Position numbers and translations under genes: made by a program. This document shows positions 9,762-19,586 of a stretch of DNA of 64,000 bases, piece by piece. Under the pieces are notes generated by a model. That model saw nothing but the letters and a program-made list of their open reading frames with translations, was not told the DNA's origin and did no database searches. Source of the DNA: a virus (taxonomy: Duplodnaviria > Caudoviricetes); the IMG/VR virus record IMGVR_UViG_3300020227_000045, positions 1-64,000 of that record; one strand, written 5' to 3'. The stretch's first letter is position 1. Each line of letters opens with the position of its first letter.

Positions 9762-10538
9762 CTAAGCACTAAACTCTTTATTCATTAAACTTTTTACCCA
9801 ATCCTTATCGTCAACATTATCAGATTCTTTTAACCGACTAATTATTGTTTGCATGTAAGGTATGGAACAGTTATACTCTTCAGCTAACACTTTTACTGTA
9901 TATGCTTTAAATCTTCTTTTGAAGTTAATCTCTTTTAAATCATTTTCTCCTATTAATCTATATGAATTATTTTTCTTCTGATAAGGATTTCTATGCTGTA
10001 GTCCTGAAGACCACGCATGTGAAACATTTTCTTCAAAAGGTATTATTTCTAAATTCTTATAGTAGCAGTTATTTTTAACTCCATCTATATGGTTAACTAC
10101 ATAATCTTCAGGTATCTTTCCTATAAAATGTTCAGCAACAAGTCTATGTACATAGTAGTATTTATTTTTATACCCAAACCTCAAATATCCTTCATTATGT
10201 TTTGATAAGCCAACCACTTTCATTGGTGATGTTAATGTCGGTAATTTGATAATATCCCCATAATTAGATAGATAGTACTCATTATCTAACTCACTATCAA
10301 AACACAGTCTTTCCCATTCCTTTTTAGGGTCTAATAAGTTATCACAACTAAATAATTGAATAAGTGACTCATATTTGATTACTCTTGATTGTTTTAAGTT
10401 GTCAGGGTAACACTGATACCCTTTTTTGTTTTTATTATATCGTACTTTAGCAAGTGTATTATCTTTCTTTACTCGGTATAATACTAAATCATTATCTAAA
10501 CAATAATTACTAAATCCATATTTTTCTAAATTAATCAT
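9762..10538 (-). CDS. Free-standing HNH homing endonuclease
   Basis: VHRLVAEHF...VNHIDGVKNNCYYKNLE HNH motif. Confidence 0.85.
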   Translation of the reverse strand: MINLEKYGFSNYCLDNDLVLYRVKKDNTLAKVRYNKNKKGYQCYPDNLKQSRVIKYESLIQLFSCDNLLDPKKEWERLCFDSELDNEYYLSNYGDIIKLPTLTSPMKVVGLSKHNEGYLRFGYKNKYYYVHRLVAEHFIGKIPEDYVVNHIDGVKNNCYYKNLEIIPFEENVSHAWSSGLQHRNPYQKKNNSYRLIGENDLKEINFKRRFKAYTVKVLAEEYNCSIPYMQTIISRLKESDNVDDKDWVKSLMNKEFSA

Positions 10539-10638
10539 TCCTAAAACAACTCCTTATTAATAAAATGATTCTTTTATTTAATATACTCTTATTATACAAT
10601 AAAACTCTACCTAAGTCAATAGATAGAGTTAAAGTTTT

Positions 10639-11121
10639 TTATTTATTTTGTTTTAAATACTCTTTTACTTCTTCAACTACTTCAGTGAAGTAATCACTTT
10701 CGTTTACAGTTCTACCTGTCTTAGTGTCAAATACTTCAATATATTCATCTAATCCGAAAGGTAGGTATTCATAATCTTCTTCCAACTCTTCGATAGTATT
10801 AAAACTAATTTTTAAATCTCCTGTACCTCCACTAGGGTAGTAACTTTCATAACTAAATAATAAAAATCTATAATATATAGGTTCTCTTAAATAAACATGC
10901 TCTTTAGGCATCTTACGACCCTCATAATGAGTTAATTCTTTAATCACTGCGTAATCTTTAATTACTACACCTTTTACTTTTTCATAAATGTTAATACCTA
11001 CCTCTTTATACCCTTCTTCTTCCAAAGACCATATTACATTATCTATATTTGTATATACTGTTTCTTCCTGTGTTGCTTTACCATCTTTTATGAATTCCAA
11101 TTGATATACTTTATTTGCCAT
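10639..11121 (-). CDS. Hypothetical protein, 160 aa
   Basis: ORF with AAAGGAG RBS. Confidence 0.7.
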   Translation of the reverse strand: MANKVYQLEFIKDGKATQEETVYTNIDNVIWSLEEEGYKEVGINIYEKVKGVVIKDYAVIKELTHYEGRKMPKEHVYLREPIYYRFLLFSYESYYPSGGTGDLKISFNTIEELEEDYEYLPFGLDEYIEVFDTKTGRTVNESDYFTEVVEEVKEYLKQNK

Positions 11122-11296
11122 TCTGGATTTCTCCTTTATTTTTTAGTTTTCTTACTCTTTCTATAGCTATCAAGCTCTCTACCATACTATGAACACTTGC
11201 AGTATTTGAATCATATTCTTCTTGTAGTAGTAATTCAAATTCTTTCTTAATATTTTCTAATTTTTCTATCCTACTCATTATAATTTCCTCTATCAT
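11111..11296 (-). CDS. Hypothetical protein, 61 aa
   Basis: Coupled ORF in the operon. Confidence 0.6.
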   Translation of the reverse strand: MIEEIIMSRIEKLENIKKEFELLLQEEYDSNTASVHSMVESLIAIERVRKLKNKGEIQNGK

Positions 11297-11705
11297 TAAT
11301 TTCTTTTAATGTTGCATCTATATGTCTATGAATCATTTTATCATCTGCCATTGCTTTAATAGCTTTCATTTGATGAATTAAAAACTCATAGTTTGAAGGT
11401 TTTGGTTGAGACCAAAGAAGTATTGTAATGCTGTCTCTTATATAACCGAAAGTAACTGCTTTTTCAAGAAATACTCTCTTAACGTAGTCATATTCATAGA
11501 TGTACCCATCACTTTCTATTCTTAAGGTAGTATTACCTTCTGTATTTGCTAGGTGTGATATTTCTTGTGTAAATGCTTTAGCTAAAATAATGTCTGCATC
11601 TAAATCAAAAACACCAATAGTTAAATTATTATACTCATCTTGTCTTCTTACTTCTTCCAAAATAAGTTCATAGTTTTCATCTTCTGAAATTAAAATCATT
11701 TTCAT
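11271..11705 (-). CDS. Hypothetical protein, 144 aa
   Basis: ORF with GGAGG RBS. Confidence 0.7.
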   Translation of the reverse strand: MKMILISEDENYELILEEVRRQDEYNNLTIGVFDLDADIILAKAFTQEISHLANTEGNTTLRIESDGYIYEYDYVKRVFLEKAVTFGYIRDSITILLWSQPKPSNYEFLIHQMKAIKAMADDKMIHRHIDATLKEINDRGNYNE

Positions 11706-11718
11706 TATAATATCCTCC

Positions 11719-11943
11719 TTAAAATAAGATAGAACCTGCTACAGTGTAATCATTTCTTTCTAAACAATACTGTTGTAGCTTAATGTAATCATCTTTATTA
11801 ATATTTGATACATCAATTTGCAATACACCTTTATCAGTGTCCGCATTAAATTCTGTGTTAACAATTACTAAAATATTTCCAGTAAATCTAACCTTACATG
11901 GTTTATTCTTTTTAATAGTTTCTAATACCTCTTTATGATCCAT
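11719..11943 (-). CDS. Hypothetical protein, 74 aa
   Basis: ORF with AGGAGG RBS and promoter. Confidence 0.7.
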   Translation of the reverse strand: MDHKEVLETIKKNKPCKVRFTGNILVIVNTEFNADTDKGVLQIDVSNINKDDYIKLQQYCLERNDYTVAGSILF

Positions 11944-12018
11944 TTGTAATTTCCTCCTTATTTATTATAATCTTATTATATAATAAAAGAAACCTACTGT
12001 CAATAGGTTTCTAAAAGT

Positions 12019-12306
12019 TTATTTTATAAATCCTTTAAGTTCTAAAATTGCATAATATTCAGGGTTTAAAATATGAAGCACTCCCCAAATGAAACTTGCA
12101 ACAATAGCTACAATCATAATAACATATACAACAAATGCAGTAGGATTATTGAAAGGTACTTGAAACTTCTTAACCAATACCCAAATTACAAATGCTAGTG
12201 CTACACCTAATAAAACAAAACCTAAACCTATTAATACTTGTTGCCATACCATTGTCGAAAATCCTTGCCCTAGTGCATTACTTGCTTTCTCAATTGCTTT
12301 ATCCAT
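12019..12306 (-). CDS. Two-TM membrane protein, 95 aa
   Basis: Two hydrophobic segments. Confidence 0.75.
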   Translation of the reverse strand: MDKAIEKASNALGQGFSTMVWQQVLIGLGFVLLGVALAFVIWVLVKKFQVPFNNPTAFVVYVIMIVAIVASFIWGVLHILNPEYYAILELKGFIK

Positions 12307-12498
12307 TTATTTTCTCTCCTCTCTAATTTTATCAAATTCTTTAGTAGTTTTAATACTGTACTCTGTATCTGGGTTACGTTCTTCTAGTCTTTCTTTAAGT
12401 TCTTCTAAGATAGAAATATCTCTATTTGCTCTGATTTGTTTAGGTACTTTTTTCTTACCTACTTTATCATAATAACATAAAGCATACCATGTGTCCAT
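12307..12498 (-). CDS. Hypothetical protein, 63 aa (its ATGG is the apparent TnpB-element insertion site)
   Basis: ORF lacks a good local RBS; the matching AGGAGG RBS + ATGG lies at 13843-13860 on the far side of the element. Confidence 0.7.
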   Translation of the reverse strand: MDTWYALCYYDKVGKKKVPKQIRANRDISILEELKERLEERNPDTEYSIKTTKEFDKIREERK

Positions 12499-12684
12499 AT
12501 TAATCCGTTGTCAAAAATTTATAAAACTCTATAAATTTTATTCCTTATTCAACGTACCCCTTTTTGAGTATTTCACTATAAATAGCTACTTCTGATTACT
12601 CTACTAAGGTTTGTGTGATACTCCAAAGGCTTAAATTCCCATACAACGAATGGTACATATATTTAGTATCGTGTTAGTGATATT
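12495..12684 (-). ncRNA. Putative TnpB omegaRNA scaffold (right end)
   Basis: GTACC..GGTAC and CCTTTGGAGTAT..ATACTCAAAAAGG stems downstream of tnpB. Confidence 0.65.
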
Positions 12685-13797
12685 CTAAATATTATAGTTA
12701 GCTAAATTAATACTTGCATTAAGGTCTCTATCAATGCTAAAACCACATTCACAGTTAAATACTCTGTCTGATAGTTTTAAGTCTTTATTAATGGTTCCAC
12801 AGTTAGAGCACATCTTACTAGAAGGAAAGAATCTATTTGCTATAACTAAGTCAATACCTTTATTCTTAGTTTTATACTCTAACTGTCTACGAAATTCATA
12901 GAAACCTTGTTTTTGTATTGCTTTAGCTAAATGTCTATTTTTCATCATACCGCTCACATTCAAATCTTCAATTACAATTCTTCTAGGTTTGGTTTTCACT
13001 ATAGAAGATGTAGTTTGATGTAAATGGTTTTTACGAGTATTAGACAATCTTCGTTGTAGTAGTTTGATTTCTTTTTCAAGTTTTATAATATTGCAAGTTT
13101 TAACAAACGTACTCCCTTCTTTATTGTTTTGGTATTTACGAGATACCTTACGTTGCAATCTACGTAATCTTTTTTCTAATTTTTTAGTTTTTACTGTTTT
13201 ATTTATATTACCATAAATAGTTCCATCAGAGCATATTGCTAGCTCTTTTATCCCTAAGTCAATACCTAAAGATTCATTTGTTAGTTCTTCATATTCATCT
13301 TCTTTTTCTATAGAAACACTTATATACCAATACTTACCATCGAAGGTAATCCTAGGGTTATAGTATTTAGTATCTGTAGGAAGTTGTTCTGAGGTTCTAA
13401 CCCAACCTATTTTTTCTAATAATACTAATTTTTCTTTTACTTTTAATTTTTGTGTATCATTATAGAAACTAGGTCTTGTTTTCTTTCTAGACTTAAATTT
13501 AGGAAACTTAGCTTGACCTTTAAAAAACCTCTTGTAAGCGTTACAAGAATCTTTAACTGATTGCTTAGGGATATTGTTACTTACCTCAGTTAACCAATTA
13601 AATTCTTCAGTTTTCTTAAGTTGAGTAATTTCTTTACGTAAAACAGAATCAGGTATAAATTTATTTCCTTGTTTATAATTTTCTTGTTGTTTTCCTAAGA
13701 CCCAATTATATATAAATCTTGCTGTTCCTGAAGATTTATATAACTGTTTTTCTTGTTGTTTAGTAGGTTTAATTCTAACTTTTTTAGTTATCATCAT
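12685..13797 (-). CDS. tnpB: RNA-guided endonuclease TnpB, 370 aa
   Basis: N-terminal HTH, GIDLG (RuvC-I), VIEDL (RuvC-II), CSNC..CEC zinc finger, DRDLNASINL (RuvC-III). Confidence 0.95.
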   Translation of the reverse strand: MMITKKVRIKPTKQQEKQLYKSSGTARFIYNWVLGKQQENYKQGNKFIPDSVLRKEITQLKKTEEFNWLTEVSNNIPKQSVKDSCNAYKRFFKGQAKFPKFKSRKKTRPSFYNDTQKLKVKEKLVLLEKIGWVRTSEQLPTDTKYYNPRITFDGKYWYISVSIEKEDEYEELTNESLGIDLGIKELAICSDGTIYGNINKTVKTKKLEKRLRRLQRKVSRKYQNNKEGSTFVKTCNIIKLEKEIKLLQRRLSNTRKNHLHQTTSSIVKTKPRRIVIEDLNVSGMMKNRHLAKAIQKQGFYEFRRQLEYKTKNKGIDLVIANRFFPSSKMCSNCGTINKDLKLSDRVFNCECGFSIDRDLNASINLANYNI

Positions 13798-13866
13798 TTA
13801 ATTCACCTACTATATTACTAAATTTTACTATAGACATATATGCCATAATATCATCCTCCTATTTAT

Positions 13867-13895
13867 AGTATATAATACTATTATCTATATGTCAA
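13867..13895 (-). promoter_or_regulatory. Sigma-A promoter TTGACA-17-TATACT
   Basis: Direct reading; precedes the AGGAGG RBS and the element's left junction. Confidence 0.75.
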
Positions 13896-13939
13896 CAACT
13901 ATTTTAAAATTAAGAGGTTCAATTAAGAACCTCTATAAA

Positions 13940-14959
13940 TTACATAAGTAAAGGTTCTGCAACCTCATGTAGATACTTACGTAAATCTTCAATATTTTTA
14001 ATCTCTTTATTTTTAACAACATTTACAAGTGTAGTTTCCAATTCGTTTAGTATTAAATTGAATGTTGTTTTATTCGTTTCTTTAGTATATTTTAAAGTTA
14101 TTATATACCCTATTCTTAAATCTATATTTAAAGTACCTTCATTTTTTATAGTTAAATTTGAAGTAGGCATATACCCACCAATATAAATAGGAGATGACAA
14201 CATAGCAAGAATCATAGGTAATCTATCTTTCTCTTGTGTACCTTTTTCTGCTTTCTCTTTTGCTTGTAGGTACTCCCTCTTAGCTCCTAATAAACAATCA
14301 CTTATCCACTGTTCTATATCTCCAACTTCTTTTGGTATTTTAAACTGGTATACAGTATCGAGTGATATACTTAATGTATTTAAGTCTCCTTCTACTATAG
14401 TAACAGGGATTTTCTTATCTAACTCTTCATCATATAAATAGAAAATAATACCATCATTATTATCTTGTCTAAAGTAATGTACATATCTATTACTGTTCTT
14501 ATTTAGAGTGTTCATAGTATTAACTCTAGGATAATTACCAATTTCATCTCTTTGTTCAATATAATCTTTCCATTCAGTTAAAAATGGTGAAAGCTTATTA
14601 ACTTCATTAATAAAATATAATGATTCTTCTATATTTTTATCTTTTAAATTTTCTTTAATAAAATCAAAAGCTAATTGAGTACCTTCTTCAAAGTCTCTTA
14701 CGTCACCTAAATAAGTATAAAAATCATTATGGTCACAGTGTGTTGCACAGTATCCTTTAACTTGAATGATTGTAAAAACAAAATTAAAGTCTTTCTCAGT
14801 TAATGGTCTTTCTAACGTATCTAAATCAATTTCTTTTTTAACTGAAACTAAAAGTACCTTCTTATCATTTTCTATATATGAGTGATTAAATACAGTTAAG
14901 TACTTACCTTCCCCTGTTAAAAATCGTTTTACTTTTAATTTCTTTTTATCAAACTCCAT
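13940..14959 (-). CDS. Hypothetical protein, 339 aa
   Basis: ORF with RBS, upstream promoter and downstream terminator. Confidence 0.75.
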   Translation of the reverse strand: MEFDKKKLKVKRFLTGEGKYLTVFNHSYIENDKKVLLVSVKKEIDLDTLERPLTEKDFNFVFTIIQVKGYCATHCDHNDFYTYLGDVRDFEEGTQLAFDFIKENLKDKNIEESLYFINEVNKLSPFLTEWKDYIEQRDEIGNYPRVNTMNTLNKNSNRYVHYFRQDNNDGIIFYLYDEELDKKIPVTIVEGDLNTLSISLDTVYQFKIPKEVGDIEQWISDCLLGAKREYLQAKEKAEKGTQEKDRLPMILAMLSSPIYIGGYMPTSNLTIKNEGTLNIDLRIGYIITLKYTKETNKTTFNLILNELETTLVNVVKNKEIKNIEDLRKYLHEVAEPLLM

Positions 14960-15293
14960 AATATCTCTCCTTTATCTGTTATATATACAGTTTACCACAG
15001 ATACTTATTTGTGTCAATAAAAAAAAAGACACCTTTTTTAGGTGTCTTTGTTTCTTTTAAGTTTTTGAATTAGTAACTCTATTTTGATTTTAATATATTC
15101 TAAAATATTCATAGTTTAACCTACTTTGCTGAGTACTCCCAGTTCCAATACGTACCATCATATGAGAATTTGTATTTAAAACCATCTAATTCAAAACCAA
15201 TATCATACTTTTCGTTCTTCAAAGGCTTCTCGTTTAATACAGGACTATTACTTTTTGCTAATTCTGCTAAAAATTCTTTACTGATTTCTAACA

Positions 15294-15665
15294 TTATTTT
15301 TCACGCTCCTCATAATTAATGTAACATTTTACATATTTTTCTAAAAATGTTGTGATTACTTTATCTGGTTTTTCTTTATAAAGTTTGTTGAGTTCATATT
15401 GTGTTAAAGTTTTCTCTAATATTACATCTATTAAATGATTATGAACATCCTCTAAATTAAAACAATGTTCTGACATATAATCTAGGTCTATTTTAACATA
15501 AATAATTTCCCCACGTTTATTATCATTCACTCTAGCTGTATAATAACGTGTTGTTCCTAAATTATGTGCATGTGTAGCCACATTACCATCTAAGAACACG
15601 TAGCCTTCGTCTAATATTTCTTCTAGGAAAACTTCGATTAATTGTGCCAAAAGGTTATTATTCAT
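15294..15665 (-). CDS. Hypothetical protein, 123 aa
   Basis: Coupled ORF. Confidence 0.65.
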   Translation of the reverse strand: MNNNLLAQLIEVFLEEILDEGYVFLDGNVATHAHNLGTTRYYTARVNDNKRGEIIYVKIDLDYMSEHCFNLEDVHNHLIDVILEKTLTQYELNKLYKEKPDKVITTFLEKYVKCYINYEEREK

Positions 15666-16134
15666 AGAGAGAAAGACCTTCTCTTAATCTGACAAAGTAA
15701 CTAAAGATTTTAATTAACTCTTTATACGTATCATCTTTACGTCCTAAACGTGTTGTGTATTTTACAATATTAAATACCATAGACCCAACAAATTGCTCTC
15801 TTGTGAAATATTCTTCTTGTAAGAATTGAATAACATCCACCTCACCATTGTAGTGACTAGGAATACTAATATCTTCCTTAGTGATTGTATGTCCAAAGTA
15901 GCTACTTAAATCTAAGATTGCAGTTCCTAAATAATCTAAAACTTGTTCACTCGGCTCCTCAAACAAATTCATGTCTTGAGTAACATAAAAAGCATTATCT
16001 AAAACTTCTCGTTTAATTCCTTTAAGCTCTTGTTCATCTGTACCCTGTGTTTCTAAAAATTCTTTTGCATCCATATATCTAATCTCCTTTTCATCTTCTA
16101 AATGTATTATATCATAAAAGTTAATTAATTGCAA
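15658..16134 (-). CDS. DUF3310-like phage protein
   Basis: C-terminal GSMVFNIVKYTTRLGRKD..EL.K motif resembles DUF3310. Confidence 0.55.
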   Translation of the reverse strand: MQLINFYDIIHLEDEKEIRYMDAKEFLETQGTDEQELKGIKREVLDNAFYVTQDMNLFEEPSEQVLDYLGTAILDLSSYFGHTITKEDISIPSHYNGEVDVIQFLQEEYFTREQFVGSMVFNIVKYTTRLGRKDDTYKELIKIFSYFVRLREGLSLYE

Positions 16135-16224
16135 ACAAAAACCCCTAACCGAAGTCAGGGGTAAAAAGGAAAAAAGATATTATGGAGTTTGTGCCAATTG
16201 ACACATTTTTAATATATCATTTTG

Positions 16225-16419
16225 TTAATAGTTTATGTCGTTTACATTAATATTTTTAATACTTCCATCTAAATAATCATTTGGATGATTATTAATATCT
16301 TCTTCGATTTCTTCTTCAATATTTTGGTCTTTATTAAAGTCTACATTCCAAGTAATATGCTTAGATAAAGACACTGTGTAATCTACTCTTACAGTTCTTT
16401 CATTCATTTCATCTTTCAT
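16225..16419 (-). CDS. Hypothetical protein, 64 aa
   Basis: ORF with GAGG RBS. Confidence 0.6.
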   Translation of the reverse strand: MKDEMNERTVRVDYTVSLSKHITWNVDFNKDQNIEEEIEEDINNHPNDYLDGSIKNINVNDINY

Positions 16420-16577
16420 TTAGAAACCTCATTTAAATGTGCGTGGTCTGTTTCGTTGAAATCTGGTAAGTCTACATCATCATTTGCTGTTAAGTAGTAG
16501 ATTAATTCTTGTATAAGATATTTCATTAATACAATAAGTGGTATTATAATTGCTAGTATAGTTATTAATTTCTTCAT
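16416..16577 (-). CDS. RinB-like small protein, 53 aa
   Basis: Read by hand: hydrophobic N-terminus then ELIYYLTANDDVDLPDF, matching the TANDDVE motif of staphylococcal siphophage RinB-family proteins. Confidence 0.6.
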   Translation of the reverse strand: MKKLITILAIIIPLIVLMKYLIQELIYYLTANDDVDLPDFNETDHAHLNEVSK

Positions 16578-16667
16578 ATTCTCACCGCAACTCTATCATG
16601 TATTTTATAACTCTCTTTTTCTATTACTTCACAACCATTAAACTTGTATCCTGTCATATCTATAGCT

Positions 16668-17507
16668 TTACTCAATAATATCACTTTCTTTAATAAATGA
16701 GCCATCTTTAGACATCTTACCTTTTCTATCTTTTATTTCTCCATACGCTTGCTCTAAACATTCTTCTAAATTCATACCATTTTGTTGTGCTAATATTACT
16801 AATGTAACGATAACGTCTCCTATGCCGTCTCTAAGCTCGTCTATATCATTTCTGCATAATGCAGCAGCAACCTCGCCTGATTCTTCAAAAAATTTCGCTA
16901 ACTGTACGAAACTATTTCCTCTATCTAATCCTTTATCTTTACTCCATTGTTCTACTGATTTTACTAACTCTTCCATTCCTAATCTCTCCTCATATTCTTT
17001 TATTAATTTTTCCATAGTTTTTAATTCTTCATGAAGTTTTACGATTTGTTTTTTATATTCTTCTCTATCAGAAAAAACACTAGCTTTAACATAATCGCTT
17101 TGACGTAGCTCTTCTTTGAGTTTTTTGTTTTCTTTCTTTAAATCTTTACATTTAATTGAATAATGTCTAACATCTTCCAATAATTTAAGGTCATTGTCTT
17201 CAAGTTGTTCTTGTAGTCGTTCGTTTTCTTGTTGAAGTCTTTCATTCTCTTCTTCTAAATAATCTTCTCTATTAGCCCAATTTACATTACCTTCTGAATC
17301 TGTTTTTTTACTGTCTTTGTATAACACTGACATAACATATTCACTTTTTACTGCTACCATTTCTCCTATTTTTCTATCAAATAAATCAATGTAATCATGT
17401 GAATCAATATATTTTAAAACATCTTTTTTACCATGGAAATTAGTTATAATCTCATATTCTTTACCATTTGTCATTTTAACAACATATCTAAATTCATAAT
17501 TAACCAC
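16668..17507 (-). CDS. Coiled-coil protein with C-terminal MazG-like nucleotide pyrophosphohydrolase domain
   Basis: QLAKFFEESGEVAAA...DGIGDVIVTLVILAQQ MazG motif. Confidence 0.8.
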   Translation of the reverse strand: MVNYEFRYVVKMTNGKEYEIITNFHGKKDVLKYIDSHDYIDLFDRKIGEMVAVKSEYVMSVLYKDSKKTDSEGNVNWANREDYLEEENERLQQENERLQEQLEDNDLKLLEDVRHYSIKCKDLKKENKKLKEELRQSDYVKASVFSDREEYKKQIVKLHEELKTMEKLIKEYEERLGMEELVKSVEQWSKDKGLDRGNSFVQLAKFFEESGEVAAALCRNDIDELRDGIGDVIVTLVILAQQNGMNLEECLEQAYGEIKDRKGKMSKDGSFIKESDIIE

Positions 17508-17513
17508 TATCTA

Positions 17514-17744
17514 TCACTCCTCATATTCTTCCATTACAGATTCAAATACCTTATCTAATTCATTTCCACCTTGTTTACCATATTTTTCAACATGTTTTTT
17601 ATATTTTAAGAAAGTATCAAATGCTTTTGCTTTACGATACACTTCTTGTAATTCAGTAATTGATTTTGTAATGTTAGCTCCACCTGATAAAACATTATAA
17701 CTATTTAGCTTTCTAATATTTTCTTTCTCATACTCATACGCCAT
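17514..17744 (-). CDS. DUF1024-like phage protein
   Basis: AYEYEKENI...ELQEVYRKAKAFD motif. Confidence 0.7.
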   Translation of the reverse strand: MAYEYEKENIRKLNSYNVLSGGANITKSITELQEVYRKAKAFDTFLKYKKHVEKYGKQGGNELDKVFESVMEEYEE

Positions 17745-17768
17745 CTATCCATCCTCCTATTTAATATA

Positions 17769-17969
17769 TTAATTATATTCTTCCATTATTTCTTCTACTT
17801 CTATTCTTTCATCTTCTGATAAATCTATTTTTTCTCTTACAATTTCTTCAGCTTCATCTTCATCAAGTGCTTTAACTGTTAATTCATACGGAGTAACAAC
17901 ATAGCCTTTTACTTTATAATTCTTTCCAATCATAGTTCTTCTTAAAGTATCATCATTGTTCATTTCCAT
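17769..17969 (-). CDS. Hypothetical protein, 66 aa
   Basis: ORF. Confidence 0.6.
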   Translation of the reverse strand: MEMNNDDTLRRTMIGKNYKVKGYVVTPYELTVKALDEDEAEEIVREKIDLSEDERIEVEEIMEEYN

Positions 17970-17973
17970 TATA

Positions 17974-18165
17974 TTATTCCTCTTCCTTGTAATTTCTTGT
18001 ATTCCATATCTTGACTAATTTATTTACGCTATCAGTTTCAACACGCAACCAAGTAGAAGGTTGTATTTCACATTTAGTATTTATACATTCAATCAATGCT
18101 TTACCAAGACTATATCTCATATCTGCTCGACCTCCACAAAACGGACAAGGTTTTATTGAATTCAC
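17974..18165 (-). CDS. Lar-family restriction alleviation protein (zinc ribbon)
   Basis: IKPCPFCGG...IEC..TKC...WN.R motif. Confidence 0.7.
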   Translation of the reverse strand: MNSIKPCPFCGGRADMRYSLGKALIECINTKCEIQPSTWLRVETDSVNKLVKIWNTRNYKEEE

Positions 18166-18365
18166 TCACCATCACACTCCTTGAGCTTTCTTTTTAATTC
18201 TCTGTTCTCTTTTTCTAAACGTTCCAGTTTTTTATTTAATCTTTGTAAACATTCGTTTTTAAAATCCACTAAATCATTAGCAATCCTTAACTGTTCTTCT
18301 CTAATACGCAAACTCTCTCTGTAATATTCACTCACTCGGCATCACTCCTCTAATAAATTTGGGTG

Positions 18366-19103
18366 TTACTTATAAAATTTTCCATTTTTTCTGTTTTGTT
18401 CTTTTGCTAAGTTTCTTAAATTTTCTTTTGTTTCTTGTGTGTGACCTTCCCAACTATAATCAGTATCTTGAATGTTACTGATATTACCCTTTTTTAATCT
18501 TTGCCATTGTATTTTATAATGCTTTGTACAAAGTTTATACTTGCTAGAAGTTACTTCATTACATTCTGGGTATATACATTGTGCACTTCCTTTTCTTATA
18601 AACCTATCTTTATTACCTTTTGTATGAAGTTTTGTGTGTTCTTCTGTTGTCATTATCTGCAAGTTTTCAATTCTGTTATCTGACTTATCTTCATTTATGT
18701 GGTGCACTATTTCGTCTTTTCTTAAAGGTCTACCTATATGCTGAGACATTACATATCTATGCTCTGCAATGTAGCCTGACTTTCTGGAGTTTGGGTGTTC
18801 AGGAATCCATATGTCAATATACCCATTCTTCCTTTTGTGTTTTCCACCTTTATTATTTCCACCTTTTTTACCTTTTCTTGATTTAACAAGGTTATCTCTT
18901 GCTAAACTAGATATTTCTGGTTTTAATATAGACAATCCCATATACTCTATAAAACTATTCCAATTACCAAAGTTTTGCCTTATAGGCATATCACTTGGTG
19001 TTAAATTGCTATCTAACCAGTCTTTTTTAGTAGGTCTTTTACCTAATACTTTTTCTAACTCGTTAAACAAGGACACTAAAGTATTTTTATTATACTTAAT
19101 CAT
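18366..19103 (-). CDS. Free-standing HNH endonuclease
   Basis: EHRYVMSQHIGRPL..DEIVHHINEDKSDNRIENL. Confidence 0.85.
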   Translation of the reverse strand: MIKYNKNTLVSLFNELEKVLGKRPTKKDWLDSNLTPSDMPIRQNFGNWNSFIEYMGLSILKPEISSLARDNLVKSRKGKKGGNNKGGKHKRKNGYIDIWIPEHPNSRKSGYIAEHRYVMSQHIGRPLRKDEIVHHINEDKSDNRIENLQIMTTEEHTKLHTKGNKDRFIRKGSAQCIYPECNEVTSSKYKLCTKHYKIQWQRLKKGNISNIQDTDYSWEGHTQETKENLRNLAKEQNRKNGKFYK

Positions 19104-19430
19104 CTACTCAACCAGCCCTTTCTCATGTGTCCATATTAACTTCAATACTCCATTTAATATTGCATGAATTTCAACTACAGCACTGTTTTTCTCTCTATTA
19201 ATTGTTGCATCAGTGCAGGTATAAACAGTGCCATCTTCGATTACTTTAACTAACGTGTGAAATACTGTATATTCATCAATTTCTTCCTCGACTTCGACTA
19301 TGAAAGTGTCATCTGGATTATATGAAAATTCATCACTAAATTCTGCCCAACCCGATAAATTAAAAATTACTGATTTTTTCTTAAATTCATTACAAATATA
19401 CTCTTTATTTGTTATACCGTTCTCCCACAC
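19104..19430 (-). CDS. Staphylococcal phage hypothetical protein (true start probably about 19480, MKVKL..)
   Basis: Frame extends upstream to an ATG with GGAGG RBS. Confidence 0.6.
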   Translation of the reverse strand: MWENGITNKEYICNEFKKKSVIFNLSGWAEFSDEFSYNPDDTFIVEVEEEIDEYTVFHTLVKVIEDGTVYTCTDATINREKNSAVVEIHAILNGVLKLIWTHEKGLVE

Positions 19431-19586
19431 CCATTCAATAAATTGTGGTAATTTTAATTGTTTCTTAGTTTTACTTTCATTTTTTATTTCCTCCTTTTAT
19501 CTTATGTATTAATAATACCATGTTTAAAACTCATTGTCAATTAAAAAATAAGGGTTTATTAAACCCTTATTATGATTTAGTGTATT

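Larger units (their letters stand above)
12495..13842 (-). mobile_element. TnpB-only (non-autonomous) IS607/IS605-family element, GG-flanked
   Basis: ATGG on both sides; removal restores RBS-ATG-GAC-ACA-TGG; about 190-nt structured right end after tnpB. Confidence 0.7.
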
